DNA of 64,000 bases from an uncultured Candidatus Saccharibacteria bacterium (GCA_964525295.1 CAZGEO010000001.1:248662-312661); one strand, 5' to 3'. Positions 8,700 through 18,693 are shown, numbered from the stretch's first letter. Program-made: numbers and translations. The notes: generated from the letters alone by a model not told the origin.

Positions 8700-11228
8700 T
8701 TATAATTGTTTAGCGATATCTCCCAACATTCTTTCAACTCTTAATTCATAAAACCGTACAACTCTTGGGAATTCTTGTGAATATTTACGCTTAAGTAGCT
8801 CAAATTTATTCGTTATCAGTGATTGTTCTTTAGCCGGATCGAATGTAAACAACCAATTTGTATCTACAAAAAATTCGCGCGCTCGAACAGGTAACTCCTC
8901 ACGATAGAATGAATTCAAAATTTCAGCATAACCGCTCCTGATTTCATCAGTTAATGGCGAATGACGTTCGCGTACTGCCCAAACATAAAGTGACAGAAAC
9001 AATTTCATCTCAGGTGAGGTTTCTAAATCACCATATTCTCTTAACCCATCTAAAAATGCTTCTGTATCGATTTTTTTATCTAGGTAAGTGTCACAATATA
9101 TGTAAAAAGCGTGCAAACGTTCGCTAACTCTTAAAAAATCTTCTTTTGAGAATTGCGAATACAACGAATCCCAAAGATAGCCCCAATAAGGAATTACCTG
9201 TTCATGCTCCCGATATCCTGCAAGCGATTTTTGTGGTAAATTTTCATGCATAAACCTAAACCCAACACCGAACCTCTCGCGTAAGTAAACTTCATTCTTA
9301 ATTGCATTGAGCTCTTCTTTTGTTTGTGCTGAAAAGAGTAACATAGAGTAGTAGTGAAAGGGTGATTCTAACCCTTCAGGAGGCATATCCAGACGAGGTG
9401 ATCTTTTTCCCGAGGACAATTTCAATAAAGTACCTGTAACTTCAAGAAAAAGCTCTGCTTCTTCGAATTTTCCTTCCCTAATTAACCCTGTGACTTTTGC
9501 AATATGTAGCTCGGACATTGAATACATAAGGTCGGGATTCTTTTCTACAGGCAAGCCTTCTTGCCATTGCCTTCCGATTATATATATGTCACTTACTTGA
9601 GCAAAAATATGTTCCTTTTTTGGGCCTTCTGGCATCTGCCATAGTGCAAGAGCAAAATTAATTTTTTTCAAAAAATCTTCATCAGCAATTTCGGCAAGAG
9701 CAGTTAAATCGCCAGTTTCCAAGTACTGTCTTACCGCCCTAATACTTGGTAATTTTTTCATTTCGAGATATTCTTCAGATAAAAACTGAACCTTAGGTTT
9801 AGGGTCATTAACAGTCATATACTCTGGTAATGATGGCTCGAATTTACTATATTTCTCAATTAACAAAGATCTCTTTAGTTGGCGTTCTTCAGTTTCGGGA
9901 GTATCTTTTGCGTAAAATTCCCATAAAAGATCTGATACTACAAAAGCGAATTCATAATTGAAAATTGGAAGCAATACAGCCATATTTTCTAATGCTTCTT
10001 TATTGAGAACATTTTTTTGCATCAAATCAGCAAAAAATTCTGAAAAAAAGATTTTTTGATTGGTGGCCATTTGGCGAGAATTGTAATCTCGTACATCTTG
10101 ACGTCGAAAATGAGTTACAAAAGCTAAAGGTGTCATGCCACGTTCGGCAGTTAATAAATCAAAAAGTATTGCTTTTCCTGCTTGAGATCTAGTTAAAGTA
10201 CCAATATTTCCCATTCTATCTACTGCTTGTTCGCAGTCTTTGAGCTGCTCAAACATTACAACATCAGCGAAATCTGCTACTCCAAATCGAGAATTTGTAA
10301 AACGATAAAGGTTCTGTCCATGAGTTGACCCCGCAGTATGAATCATTTGCTCCCGAAGCAACTCCCGCAATACAATTCCCATGTTGCGATAATCTACCTC
10401 TTTCAATGAAGCTAAAGACGTAAGGTTCTTCTCAGGGGAATAATACGTTTCAATAACAGGATATCGTTTAGAACTAGGTACGCATAATACTAACGTCGAA
10501 AGATTTGTTCCTTCATCATTATTCATCGCTTCCTTAACTTTTTCGCGCTTTTCTTTACTCATAAGAATCTCTTTTGTTTCTTGTAAACGAGAAGAAAGCT
10601 CAGGTAAACTAGTTACCGTTAAAGGAAAAGGAATCTCACTAGTAAGCACTTCTTGTAATGTATTAATCTCTGGATGCGCATGTAAATAGGAAGAAAATCC
10701 AAGTAATGTTTGAATATACTCATTCAAGGCAGCCTTTCTTGCTTGTGTACCGACAATTCGCATATTCAATCTTCCATCAGTCGGTTTCTCATGATAAAAC
10801 TTATCAGGGGTCGTTACCCCGACAGGAAACGCTGGTAGCAACGAATCGCGTGAATGACCATAGCTTAATGATCTAGCCACAGATCCGTTTCCCTTTAAGT
10901 AAAGCGTAATTTCTTGACCATTAACCATTATCTGTGATTGATAAATTCCTCTGCCTTCAACTTCATACGGCGCTTCAACAAATTCTCCGTTTTCATCTCG
11001 CTCATCACTAGTTTTACGTGCTGGTGTCAAATACGCCATTGGCTCAACTGCCTTTGCTAATTCGTAGATCTCTTTGATTAAATTTTTCTTTTCGGAAGGC
11101 AAGATTATCTCCAAATCCGCCTTTAATTCCTCAGGGGTAACTATCGCTAGCCGTTCCCCTGATTTCGCCTTTTCAATAAAAGTTAGCTGTGGCGAAGGTG
11201 GAATTGCTTGCTTTGATGCTTCGGACAT
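8700..11228 (-). CDS. Large (842 aa) protein with N-terminal atypical protein-kinase-like domain (possible pseudokinase) and a long alpha-helical C-terminal region
   Basis: EVEGRGIYQSQIMVNGQEITLYLKG resembles a glycine loop plus the beta3 Lys. GIVLRELLREQMIHTAGSTHGQNLYRFTN resembles the Kdo/RIO-type catalytic loop with the catalytic Asp replaced by Gln. VADFADV is a DFG-like motif. Confidence 0.5.
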   Translation of the reverse strand: MSEASKQAIPPSPQLTFIEKAKSGERLAIVTPEELKADLEIILPSEKKNLIKEIYELAKAVEPMAYLTPARKTSDERDENGEFVEAPYEVEGRGIYQSQIMVNGQEITLYLKGNGSVARSLSYGHSRDSLLPAFPVGVTTPDKFYHEKPTDGRLNMRIVGTQARKAALNEYIQTLLGFSSYLHAHPEINTLQEVLTSEIPFPLTVTSLPELSSRLQETKEILMSKEKREKVKEAMNNDEGTNLSTLVLCVPSSKRYPVIETYYSPEKNLTSLASLKEVDYRNMGIVLRELLREQMIHTAGSTHGQNLYRFTNSRFGVADFADVVMFEQLKDCEQAVDRMGNIGTLTRSQAGKAILFDLLTAERGMTPLAFVTHFRRQDVRDYNSRQMATNQKIFFSEFFADLMQKNVLNKEALENMAVLLPIFNYEFAFVVSDLLWEFYAKDTPETEERQLKRSLLIEKYSKFEPSLPEYMTVNDPKPKVQFLSEEYLEMKKLPSIRAVRQYLETGDLTALAEIADEDFLKKINFALALWQMPEGPKKEHIFAQVSDIYIIGRQWQEGLPVEKNPDLMYSMSELHIAKVTGLIREGKFEEAELFLEVTGTLLKLSSGKRSPRLDMPPEGLESPFHYYSMLLFSAQTKEELNAIKNEVYLRERFGVGFRFMHENLPQKSLAGYREHEQVIPYWGYLWDSLYSQFSKEDFLRVSERLHAFYIYCDTYLDKKIDTEAFLDGLREYGDLETSPEMKLFLSLYVWAVRERHSPLTDEIRSGYAEILNSFYREELPVRAREFFVDTNWLFTFDPAKEQSLITNKFELLKRKYSQEFPRVVRFYELRVERMLGDIAKQL

Positions 11229-11246
11229 ACGTTACTATAACAAACA

Positions 11247-12344
11247 ATGCTAGAATGCTCCAGTAAGATAAATCGAACAAAAATGAGTTTTTACAAACAA
11301 TTACTAAATAACACTAAAACAAAAGAGCAGTACCTTCTGAAATTGCAAGTCATTCGCGAAATTCGAAACTTTTTCGAAAAAAAGAAATTTTTAGAAGTTG
11401 AGCCACCAATTTTGAATAGCGCACTAATTCCCGAATCATATTTGGATATTTTTTCAACTGAAGAGAGAAGGGTAGGGCTAGAAGGAAAAATTGCCCGTCA
11501 GATGTATTTAATGACCTCACCTGAGGCATTCCAGAAGAAATTACTTTCCGCAGGTTTTGGAAGCAATTTTGCAATCACCAGAAGCTTCCGAAACGGCGAG
11601 CCATTATCAGGTAAGCACCTAAGTGAGTTCTCGATGCTTGAATGGTACGAAAAGGGTAGTAATTATCGCGATGTCATGGTAACTACCGAACAATTATTTT
11701 CTCATCTTGCCAAGGCGATTAACGGAAAAGGCATAAAAACAATCGAATATAAGGGAGTTACTGTCGACCTAACACCACCATGGGACCGCATATCAGTCAA
11801 TGAACTTTTCAAACGTTTTCTTTCGATAGATTTGGAAGAATCTTGGGACAACGAGCGACGTGCTTTTTCTGTGAAACTTTTAGCAAATATCGTCAAGACC
11901 ACCGGATTACCGATTGCAATAGAAGAGTCGAATACTTGGGAAGAAATTTATAATCAATTGTTTCTAACCTACATTGAACCAAATTTGCCAACAGAAAAGC
12001 CTGTTATCATTTACAATTACCCGCACGAGCTTTCTCCTCTTGCTAAACCAAAAAATGGTTCTCATGCCGAAGGGAATGTTTGGGCAGAACGATTCGAAGT
12101 AATGATTGCGGGGCTTGAAATTTGCGATACTTACACAGAAAATACCGATGCGCGACTACAAAGCACCTCATTTAAGCGTGAGATTGCAAAGATCGAGGCC
12201 GATGCAACAAAAACACAGTACCCCTATGACTGGGAATTTGTTGAAGCTTTAGAACACGGTTTGCCAGCCTGTAGCGGAAATGCCCTAGGAATCGATAGAG
12301 TTGTGATGCTTTTCGGCGGTTTTGAAGAAATCCTTGAGGCATAA
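11247..12344 (+). CDS. epmA: EF-P-(R)-beta-lysine ligase (PoxA/GenX), class II LysRS paralog
   Basis: MYLMTSPEAFQKKLLSAGFGSNFAITRSFRNGE...HLSEFSMLEWY and the C-terminal PACSGNALGIDRVVMLF align closely with E. coli EpmA. The biological start may be the internal Met at 11283 (MSFYKQ), because 11247 lies only 18 bp from the divergent neighbouring start. Confidence 0.8.
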   Translation: MLECSSKINRTKMSFYKQLLNNTKTKEQYLLKLQVIREIRNFFEKKKFLEVEPPILNSALIPESYLDIFSTEERRVGLEGKIARQMYLMTSPEAFQKKLLSAGFGSNFAITRSFRNGEPLSGKHLSEFSMLEWYEKGSNYRDVMVTTEQLFSHLAKAINGKGIKTIEYKGVTVDLTPPWDRISVNELFKRFLSIDLEESWDNERRAFSVKLLANIVKTTGLPIAIEESNTWEEIYNQLFLTYIEPNLPTEKPVIIYNYPHELSPLAKPKNGSHAEGNVWAERFEVMIAGLEICDTYTENTDARLQSTSFKREIAKIEADATKTQYPYDWEFVEALEHGLPACSGNALGIDRVVMLFGGFEEILEA

Positions 12345-12518
12345 AACTTCCTGGCATTACGGCCTTACAACAATATTTTCTTACTCTAACATTTTGCCTT
12401 TTACATCTTTCTTGCTTTACTGCTTTACTGCTTTATCGCTTTATCGCTTTAAAACTGTATCAAATCCCGTACACTGAACATTGAAAATTAATAATTAACA
12501 ATTATTGTATAATCAGTA

Positions 12519-13490
12519 ATGATCACACTCATCAGCAACTTCCTCTGGGGAATTCTCATGGCTTTTGGCGAATTAATTCCCGGCATTGGCATGCAAACAG
12601 TTGCCATTATTGTCGGAATTTATGATGAAATTATCACTTTCTTATTCAAGGGAACTGAATTTTTGCGAGTTTTGCTCGAATTCATAATTGGCAAAAAGAC
12701 TAAACAAGAATTATCACAATCATTTTTTGAAATCCCTTGGAAACTTGGAATACCCTTAGTAATCGGAGTTGGCGTAACCATCGCAGTATTATCGCGCACA
12801 GTTACGACAATTCTTGAACAATACCCGCACCAGTTTGCTGCAGTTGCATTCGGCATTGTTCTTGCCTGTGTTGCCATTCCGTTCAAAGAAATGACTTCTA
12901 GAACCTGGAAAGAGTATGGGCTACTTATTTTCACCTTTCTAGCTTTCTTTTACCTTTTTGGGCTAACACAGCAAAGCACAGGGGCAACCACAAGCGAGCC
13001 AGCGCTTTCAAGTTTCTTCATTGGCGGTGCAGTTAGTTCTTTTGCTGGTTTCTTTCCAGGAATCAGTATCTCTTTCGCACTTCTTGTTATGAATCTTTAC
13101 GGTCCCTTAATGAAACAAATTGATTTATTAACTCACGGAGCTGGTACATTATACGGATTTGGCGCAATAATCGTATTCCTTATCGGTCTTGGAATTGGCT
13201 CAATCATTTGCGTGCGAGCACTTCAATTTCTGATCGAACGTTACAAATCTTTTTTCTTAGCTTTCATAATTGGTTTAATTCTCGCTTCTTTGCGCACAGT
13301 TTGGCCATTCATGAATAATTCTGGTACTTACGTACTCCCTTGGGAATTAACACTTTCTGCCTTTACTCAGCAATTATTTTTAATAGTTGGAGCATTTATT
13401 GCAGTGTCATTTTTGCGTTTACTTGCTTCACAGAAAGAAACTTCAATTACCTCAAGTTTTGGGAAACCAGAAAAAATTGTGATAGAGTAA
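12519..13490 (+). CDS. Polytopic membrane protein, DUF368-like (duplicated PGI(G/S) motifs)
   Basis: About 8 TM helices. ELIPGIGMQT in the first half and FFPGISISFA in the second half resemble the duplicated DUF368 PGxSRSG motif. Confidence 0.45.
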   Translation: MITLISNFLWGILMAFGELIPGIGMQTVAIIVGIYDEIITFLFKGTEFLRVLLEFIIGKKTKQELSQSFFEIPWKLGIPLVIGVGVTIAVLSRTVTTILEQYPHQFAAVAFGIVLACVAIPFKEMTSRTWKEYGLLIFTFLAFFYLFGLTQQSTGATTSEPALSSFFIGGAVSSFAGFFPGISISFALLVMNLYGPLMKQIDLLTHGAGTLYGFGAIIVFLIGLGIGSIICVRALQFLIERYKSFFLAFIIGLILASLRTVWPFMNNSGTYVLPWELTLSAFTQQLFLIVGAFIAVSFLRLLASQKETSITSSFGKPEKIVIE

Positions 13491-13532
13491 CAAATTAATT
13501 ATCAATTCTTAATTGTCAATTACCTATTTACC

Positions 13533-14030
13533 ATGGCAGACGTAGTAAAAACTCCAATTTCTTACAGAATTAGTGAATTTGTTGTACCTACAATTATTGC
13601 GTTTGCAATAATTAGCTCATTCATAATTGTCTATTACGCGCTAACCAACAATGATTCACAAAACGTCACTACAAATTCTGAAGTCAATACTGACTCATTC
13701 GCAGTTCAAGTAATCTCCGAAGGAACAGGTAAAGCTGCGGAAGCAGGCGATAAAGTTGAAATATTCTACACGGGTTCATTGAAAAATGGGACAGTTTTTG
13801 ATGCATCAAAACTTCATGAACAAGAGGGAAAAATCCCAACCCTGCCATTCACAATTGGTGCTAGCGAAGTTATTCCAGGAATGGAACAGGGCGTTCTTGG
13901 CATGAAAGTTGGCGAAAAACGCATAATCACAATTCCTCCATCTCTCGGTTATGGTTCACAAGACCTTGGCGCCATTCCAGCAAACTCGACACTCATTTTC
14001 GAGGTTGAAATGGTAAAGATTGGGGAGTAA
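13533..14030 (+). CDS. FKBP-type peptidyl-prolyl cis-trans isomerase, membrane-anchored
   Basis: N-terminal TM helix. VEIFYTGSLKNGTVFDAS...FTIGASEVIPGMEQGVLGMKVGEKRIITIPPSLGYG is a canonical FKBP domain. Confidence 0.8.
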   Translation: MADVVKTPISYRISEFVVPTIIAFAIISSFIIVYYALTNNDSQNVTTNSEVNTDSFAVQVISEGTGKAAEAGDKVEIFYTGSLKNGTVFDASKLHEQEGKIPTLPFTIGASEVIPGMEQGVLGMKVGEKRIITIPPSLGYGSQDLGAIPANSTLIFEVEMVKIGE

Positions 14031-14031
14031 T

Positions 14032-14697
14032 TTAGTGCATTAAATCTTCTCTCGCGCTAATCAGCTTTGCAACATTTGAAGTAACATCTCTATACTTTGC
14101 GAAGTCTTGAACATATTGTTGCCAATCACCTTCACACGTAATTGGTTTTAAGAGTATTCCACCGGAAAATGGGTCCCAGAATGCGCCATACCACGTCTCA
14201 CCATATTTAACAGCTACTGGCGTCGGTGATTCGTAATGTCTTTTTAGCGCGGTAAGCGTTCCCCAATAGCCATCTTCACAAGATGAAAAATAACCATATA
14301 CTTGGTATTTGTCCCGATAAGGTTTCGAGTAATCTGCTTGAATTGAGGCATAATCATGTTGACCCACACTAACTATATTCATATCCATGATTCGCGTATT
14401 ATAGAGGTACGGATGCATTGAATCTTTTGCAGTAATAAAGTAATGATTTCTGGGTTTATAAGGATTATCTGCAATTTCAATCTTCTGATGTGTTGGTAAC
14501 CCCAATTGCCCAGCAAGATCTAAAACTGCTACTACTAATCTTGTCGTTACATTAACAGTATTATGTTCTGGAGCTACCGGATTACCTGGAAAAATTTCTG
14601 AAGCGTGTTCAAAACCTGTTTTAATTGGCATAGGGATATTAGATTTTTTTTCTCCCTGGTTCTTGTCTCCTAATGTTTCTGCTTGTGCTGTAGCCAT
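14032..14697 (-). CDS. Hypothetical protein (221 aa), possibly a cell-envelope enzyme
   Basis: Trp/Tyr-rich C-terminal half. No motif assigned. Confidence 0.4.
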   Translation of the reverse strand: MATAQAETLGDKNQGEKKSNIPMPIKTGFEHASEIFPGNPVAPEHNTVNVTTRLVVAVLDLAGQLGLPTHQKIEIADNPYKPRNHYFITAKDSMHPYLYNTRIMDMNIVSVGQHDYASIQADYSKPYRDKYQVYGYFSSCEDGYWGTLTALKRHYESPTPVAVKYGETWYGAFWDPFSGGILLKPITCEGDWQQYVQDFAKYRDVTSNVAKLISAREDLMH

Positions 14698-14810
14698 ACC
14701 GACCCCATGCTAACACACGCTAATATCGTAATTCAAGACGCTATAGTGAGAATTCCTGTAGTACTTCAAGATGGCTTGTTATTCGCCAATAACTGTCAAA
14801 ACGCACCGTC

Positions 14811-15596
14811 CTATAGGGTAACAGACCAGTTAGTGATACGTTTATCAATTAATCTCAAGAAAAAATACAATAGCTCAGGCGAAGCATTTCCAATTGAGGT
14901 AATATACTCCTTATAATATTGTGTCTCTGAGATGTTTTCATTTCTAATTTTCGTTATAAACTTTCGCATATATTCATCTCCGGGCAAAATAAGTCCATTC
15001 TGTATTATCAAGCGTCGGTTAACAAACGCACCTATACTTGCAGCAACGTGCGCCCCAGAATCAATCGAAAAATAAGTTTCAATTTGATCAACTTTACTTC
15101 CAGGAGTTACCTGAAAGTCATTGGCAAGCTCTGATAAATCAGGAAAGAGATTTTTGATTTGAGCGCTTTCAAGATTTGATCGAAGCAATTCATATTTTCT
15201 AATGATGTAATCACCTAAAAGCGATATTTTCGACTCATCAAAGCGTTCATTCGTCAATAACTGCAGAGCTTTTACAATACCTGCGTCAGCACCTTTATAT
15301 GATCTTATTGAGACACTTTCATCTTTAGCGACCTCTTCAGCAACATTAATTGCACGAGAAACAACGTTACATTTATTCGCCATATTAAGTACCATCTCAC
15401 TCCCGCGTTGCCACGTTTTCGTATTTTTACGATTTTCTGGTAGCAAAAATATTCGGTCTAATTCTTGTTCCAGAATAGTTACCTGTTCGCCACTAAGATC
15501 AATTTCACCTTTACGATCTAATGCGAACAATACATCAGTTACTGTAATCTTCTGCGATTTTATCGATTCCGTGTCAGCACTTTTTTCATAATTCAT
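14811..15596 (-). CDS. Hypothetical protein (261 aa)
   Basis: ORF only. No confident motif. Confidence 0.4.
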   Translation of the reverse strand: MNYEKSADTESIKSQKITVTDVLFALDRKGEIDLSGEQVTILEQELDRIFLLPENRKNTKTWQRGSEMVLNMANKCNVVSRAINVAEEVAKDESVSIRSYKGADAGIVKALQLLTNERFDESKISLLGDYIIRKYELLRSNLESAQIKNLFPDLSELANDFQVTPGSKVDQIETYFSIDSGAHVAASIGAFVNRRLIIQNGLILPGDEYMRKFITKIRNENISETQYYKEYITSIGNASPELLYFFLRLIDKRITNWSVTL

Positions 15597-15700
15597 AATG
15601 AATTATATCGTAATATGCGATACTTTTCTATTTATAACATTTTGACAATCGAAATCTTTGTTAGTGAACTCAAATATTTAACTGCCAAACCCCTGTAGAG

Positions 15701-18676
15701 TTGACCAATCGACCTTTTTCCCATAGAATAGGCCGTATGCCAAAAAACAAATTACCCGTCCCTGAAGACGTCAAAAAACTCATTGATGAACAAATTAAAG
15801 AATCCGAAGCTTCTTCTGATGAAACGGTTACCGAAAACGAATCTACCCAACCAATTGAGCAAGAAGAGAGTGACGAATACAAGTCAGCAACCTCAACAAC
15901 TGATGAAACTTTAGGCGAATCTACTGAAGAGGGGTTAAACGAAACACTTACAACAGGAGCTGGTTTTAAGGCAGGTGAAACTGTATCTATCAATATCACC
16001 GACGAACTCAAAAAAGACTTCATTGATTACGCCATGAGCGTTATTGTCGATCGCGCGCTTCCAGATATTAAAGATGGTATGAAGCCGTCACAACGTCGTG
16101 TGCTTGTCGCCATGAAAGATTTGGCATTATGGCCACAAGGAGCTACTAGAAAGTCAGCGAAAATCGTCGGTGAAACCATGGGTAACTACCACCCACACGG
16201 TGACCAAGCAATCTACCAAACATTGGTTAACATGGCTCAACCATTCTCAACTCGCTATCCCCTCGCACTTAGCCAAGGTAACTTTGGTTCAATCGATGGT
16301 GATGCTGCAGCAAGCATGCGTTATACCGAAGCCAAATTATCGAAAATCGCAGTTGAATTACTTCGCGATTTAGACAAAGGTACGGTACTTTTCAGGCCAA
16401 CATACGATGGTTCTCGTAATGAACCAGTAACACTTCCTGCAGCGTATCCAAATCTTTTGGCAAATGGTGCTACCGGTATTGCCGTCGGTATGGCAACCAA
16501 AATTCCACCTCACAACTTAGGTGAGCTTATCGAAGCACTTTTGGTGATGATCGATCAAGGCAATAAATGGGAAGGAAAATCCGTTTACAACGCCCTTCGC
16601 CAAATGAAAGAGCAAAGCTCTCGTGTACCACAATTACTCAATGCAGAACCATCAGAATTCTGGGAAAACTATGTCAAAGCAGAAGATCCACAATACAGAG
16701 AAAAAGTCGCCGTACTAAAAATTTACGTTAAAGAAGGTAAAATTGCCGAAGAAGCAGCGAATCTAGGATTTAATGCTGAGTTACTCAATAGAATTGCTCA
16801 AGAAGCAAATTCGCAAATTTCATTGTATCCTCGCTTCAATTCACAACTTACTGCACAAGATTTAATGCAGTACATTAAAGGGCCAGATTTCCCGACAGGA
16901 GCACAAATTTATAATGCAAAAGACATCCTAAACTTCTACGAAACGGGTAATGGTCGCGTAAGAATGCGCGCCGTAATGACCGTTGAAGAAGACTCAAAAG
17001 GTCATCAAGCGATAATTGTTTCTGAAATTCCATATCAAGTAAACAAGGCGATTCTTATAGAACAGATTGCCAACCTTGTTCATGATGGAAAGATCGAAGG
17101 AATCAAAGATCTTAGAGACGAATCAGCCAAAGATGAGATTCGTATTTTTATCGAAGTAAAGAGTGGTTTCTCACCACAAATTATCATGCAGAAGTTGTAT
17201 AAATATACACCGTTACAACTCAACTTCAACGCAAACATGATTGCCTTGGTCGATGATGAACCAAGAACCCTCAACCTTAAGCGAATGCTTGAACTTTACC
17301 TTGAACACCGATTAACAGTAACCGTAAGAAAATTAGAGTTCGAATTGGCGCAAAACAAATATCAAGCGCACATATTAGAAGGTTTGTTGAAAGCTCTCGA
17401 TTTTATTGATGAAGTTATCAAGGTCATTCGAGCTGCACAAACTCAAGAAGAAGCAAAAACCAATTTGATCACAAGATTTGATCTTACCGACGTGCAAGCA
17501 CAAGCAATTCTTGAAATGCAGTTACGAAAACTAGCAGGTCTTGAAAGACAAAAAATCATGGATGAGTACTCAAATCTTACTGAGAACATCAAGCATCACG
17601 AAGAATATTTAGCAAGTGAGCCGAAGATTTTGGAACTTATCAGAACAGACTTAGCAGAAGTTAAAGAAAAGTATGCAGATAAGCGCAGAACAAAGGTCTT
17701 CAAAGGAGATGTTGATGAACCACAAGAAGAAGACTTTGTCGCTAACGAAGCTACATTCGTAACAATCAGTAAAACTGGATATATCAAGCGTGTAGATCCT
17801 GAAGAATATCGACTACAACATCGTGGTGGCAAAGGGTCAATAGGTGCAAAACTCAAAGAAAACGATTATGTACAACATGCATTACTCTGCAATACCCATG
17901 ATTGGTTACTCGTCTTTATGTCAGATGGAAAAGTATTCAAACTTCGTGGGTACGAAATTCCAGAGGCAAAGAAGGTTGCAAAAGGATTACCAATTGTAAA
18001 CTTATTGCAAATCACACCAAACACAGAAGTTAGCTCATTGCTATCACTACAAAGTCGTGCAAACGGAAAATACATCGCAATGGCAACAGCAAAAGGTATC
18101 GTGAAAAAGACTGAGTTATCTGAATACGACAACATTCGTAAGAATGGCCTCGTCTCCATCGTTTTGAAAGATGGCGACCGACTTGTGCAGGCACAATTAA
18201 CGACCGGCGAAGATGAATTAATTCTTGTTTCCAAAAAGGGTAAATCAATCCGTTTCAAAGAAGACGAAGTAAAAGAAAGCGGACGAAACACCATGGGCGT
18301 CAAAGGAATCGGGATGAAAAAAGATGATGAAGTAATCTCCTTTGATATCGTAAACAAGAATTCAGACTTGTTACTCACCGTTTCGCAGCAAGGCTTTGGT
18401 AAATGTACAGCACTTAGCGAATTCAAACAGCAACATCGAGGAGGCTCAGGAATCTTCGCAGCTAAGATAGGGGCAAAAACTGGAAATATTCTTGTAGCAA
18501 GAATCTTCCCAGAAGAAGCCAGAACAGAAGATCGTGAAATCATCTTAATCTCGAAACAAGGTCAGGTGATCAAAACTAACTTCCAAAGTATTCCAGTTCT
18601 TGCTAACCGACAAACCTTTGGAGTAAAAGTCTTTAGAGTTGCAGAAGGAGATGAAGTTGTTGGAATTGCGAGCTAA
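15701..18676 (+). CDS. gyrA: DNA gyrase subunit A with acidic Ser/Thr/Glu-rich N-terminal extension and an internal insertion
   Basis: DYAMSVIVDRALPDIKDGMKPSQRRVL, GNYHPHGDQAIYQTLVNMAQ and AAASMRYTEAKL (catalytic Tyr) are all present. About 90 aa lie before the conserved start and about 80 aa are inserted before GPDFPTGAQIY. An internal start (MPKNK, 15737) is possible. Confidence 0.9.
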   Translation: MTNRPFSHRIGRMPKNKLPVPEDVKKLIDEQIKESEASSDETVTENESTQPIEQEESDEYKSATSTTDETLGESTEEGLNETLTTGAGFKAGETVSINITDELKKDFIDYAMSVIVDRALPDIKDGMKPSQRRVLVAMKDLALWPQGATRKSAKIVGETMGNYHPHGDQAIYQTLVNMAQPFSTRYPLALSQGNFGSIDGDAAASMRYTEAKLSKIAVELLRDLDKGTVLFRPTYDGSRNEPVTLPAAYPNLLANGATGIAVGMATKIPPHNLGELIEALLVMIDQGNKWEGKSVYNALRQMKEQSSRVPQLLNAEPSEFWENYVKAEDPQYREKVAVLKIYVKEGKIAEEAANLGFNAELLNRIAQEANSQISLYPRFNSQLTAQDLMQYIKGPDFPTGAQIYNAKDILNFYETGNGRVRMRAVMTVEEDSKGHQAIIVSEIPYQVNKAILIEQIANLVHDGKIEGIKDLRDESAKDEIRIFIEVKSGFSPQIIMQKLYKYTPLQLNFNANMIALVDDEPRTLNLKRMLELYLEHRLTVTVRKLEFELAQNKYQAHILEGLLKALDFIDEVIKVIRAAQTQEEAKTNLITRFDLTDVQAQAILEMQLRKLAGLERQKIMDEYSNLTENIKHHEEYLASEPKILELIRTDLAEVKEKYADKRRTKVFKGDVDEPQEEDFVANEATFVTISKTGYIKRVDPEEYRLQHRGGKGSIGAKLKENDYVQHALLCNTHDWLLVFMSDGKVFKLRGYEIPEAKKVAKGLPIVNLLQITPNTEVSSLLSLQSRANGKYIAMATAKGIVKKTELSEYDNIRKNGLVSIVLKDGDRLVQAQLTTGEDELILVSKKGKSIRFKEDEVKESGRNTMGVKGIGMKKDDEVISFDIVNKNSDLLLTVSQQGFGKCTALSEFKQQHRGGSGIFAAKIGAKTGNILVARIFPEEARTEDREIILISKQGQVIKTNFQSIPVLANRQTFGVKVFRVAEGDEVVGIAS

Positions 18677-18693
18677 AAGGGGTATACTACCCG

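Noticed and set aside
15670-16023. Minus-strand 117-aa ORF overlapping the gyrA start
   Set aside because: It is antisense to the Ser/Glu-rich GyrA extension. A Ser/Val-rich artefact is typical of antisense low-complexity regions.
17866-18543. 225-aa minus-strand ORF inside gyrA
   Set aside because: It is entirely antisense to the conserved GyrA C-terminal beta-pinwheel region and has Cys/Ser-rich unnatural composition.
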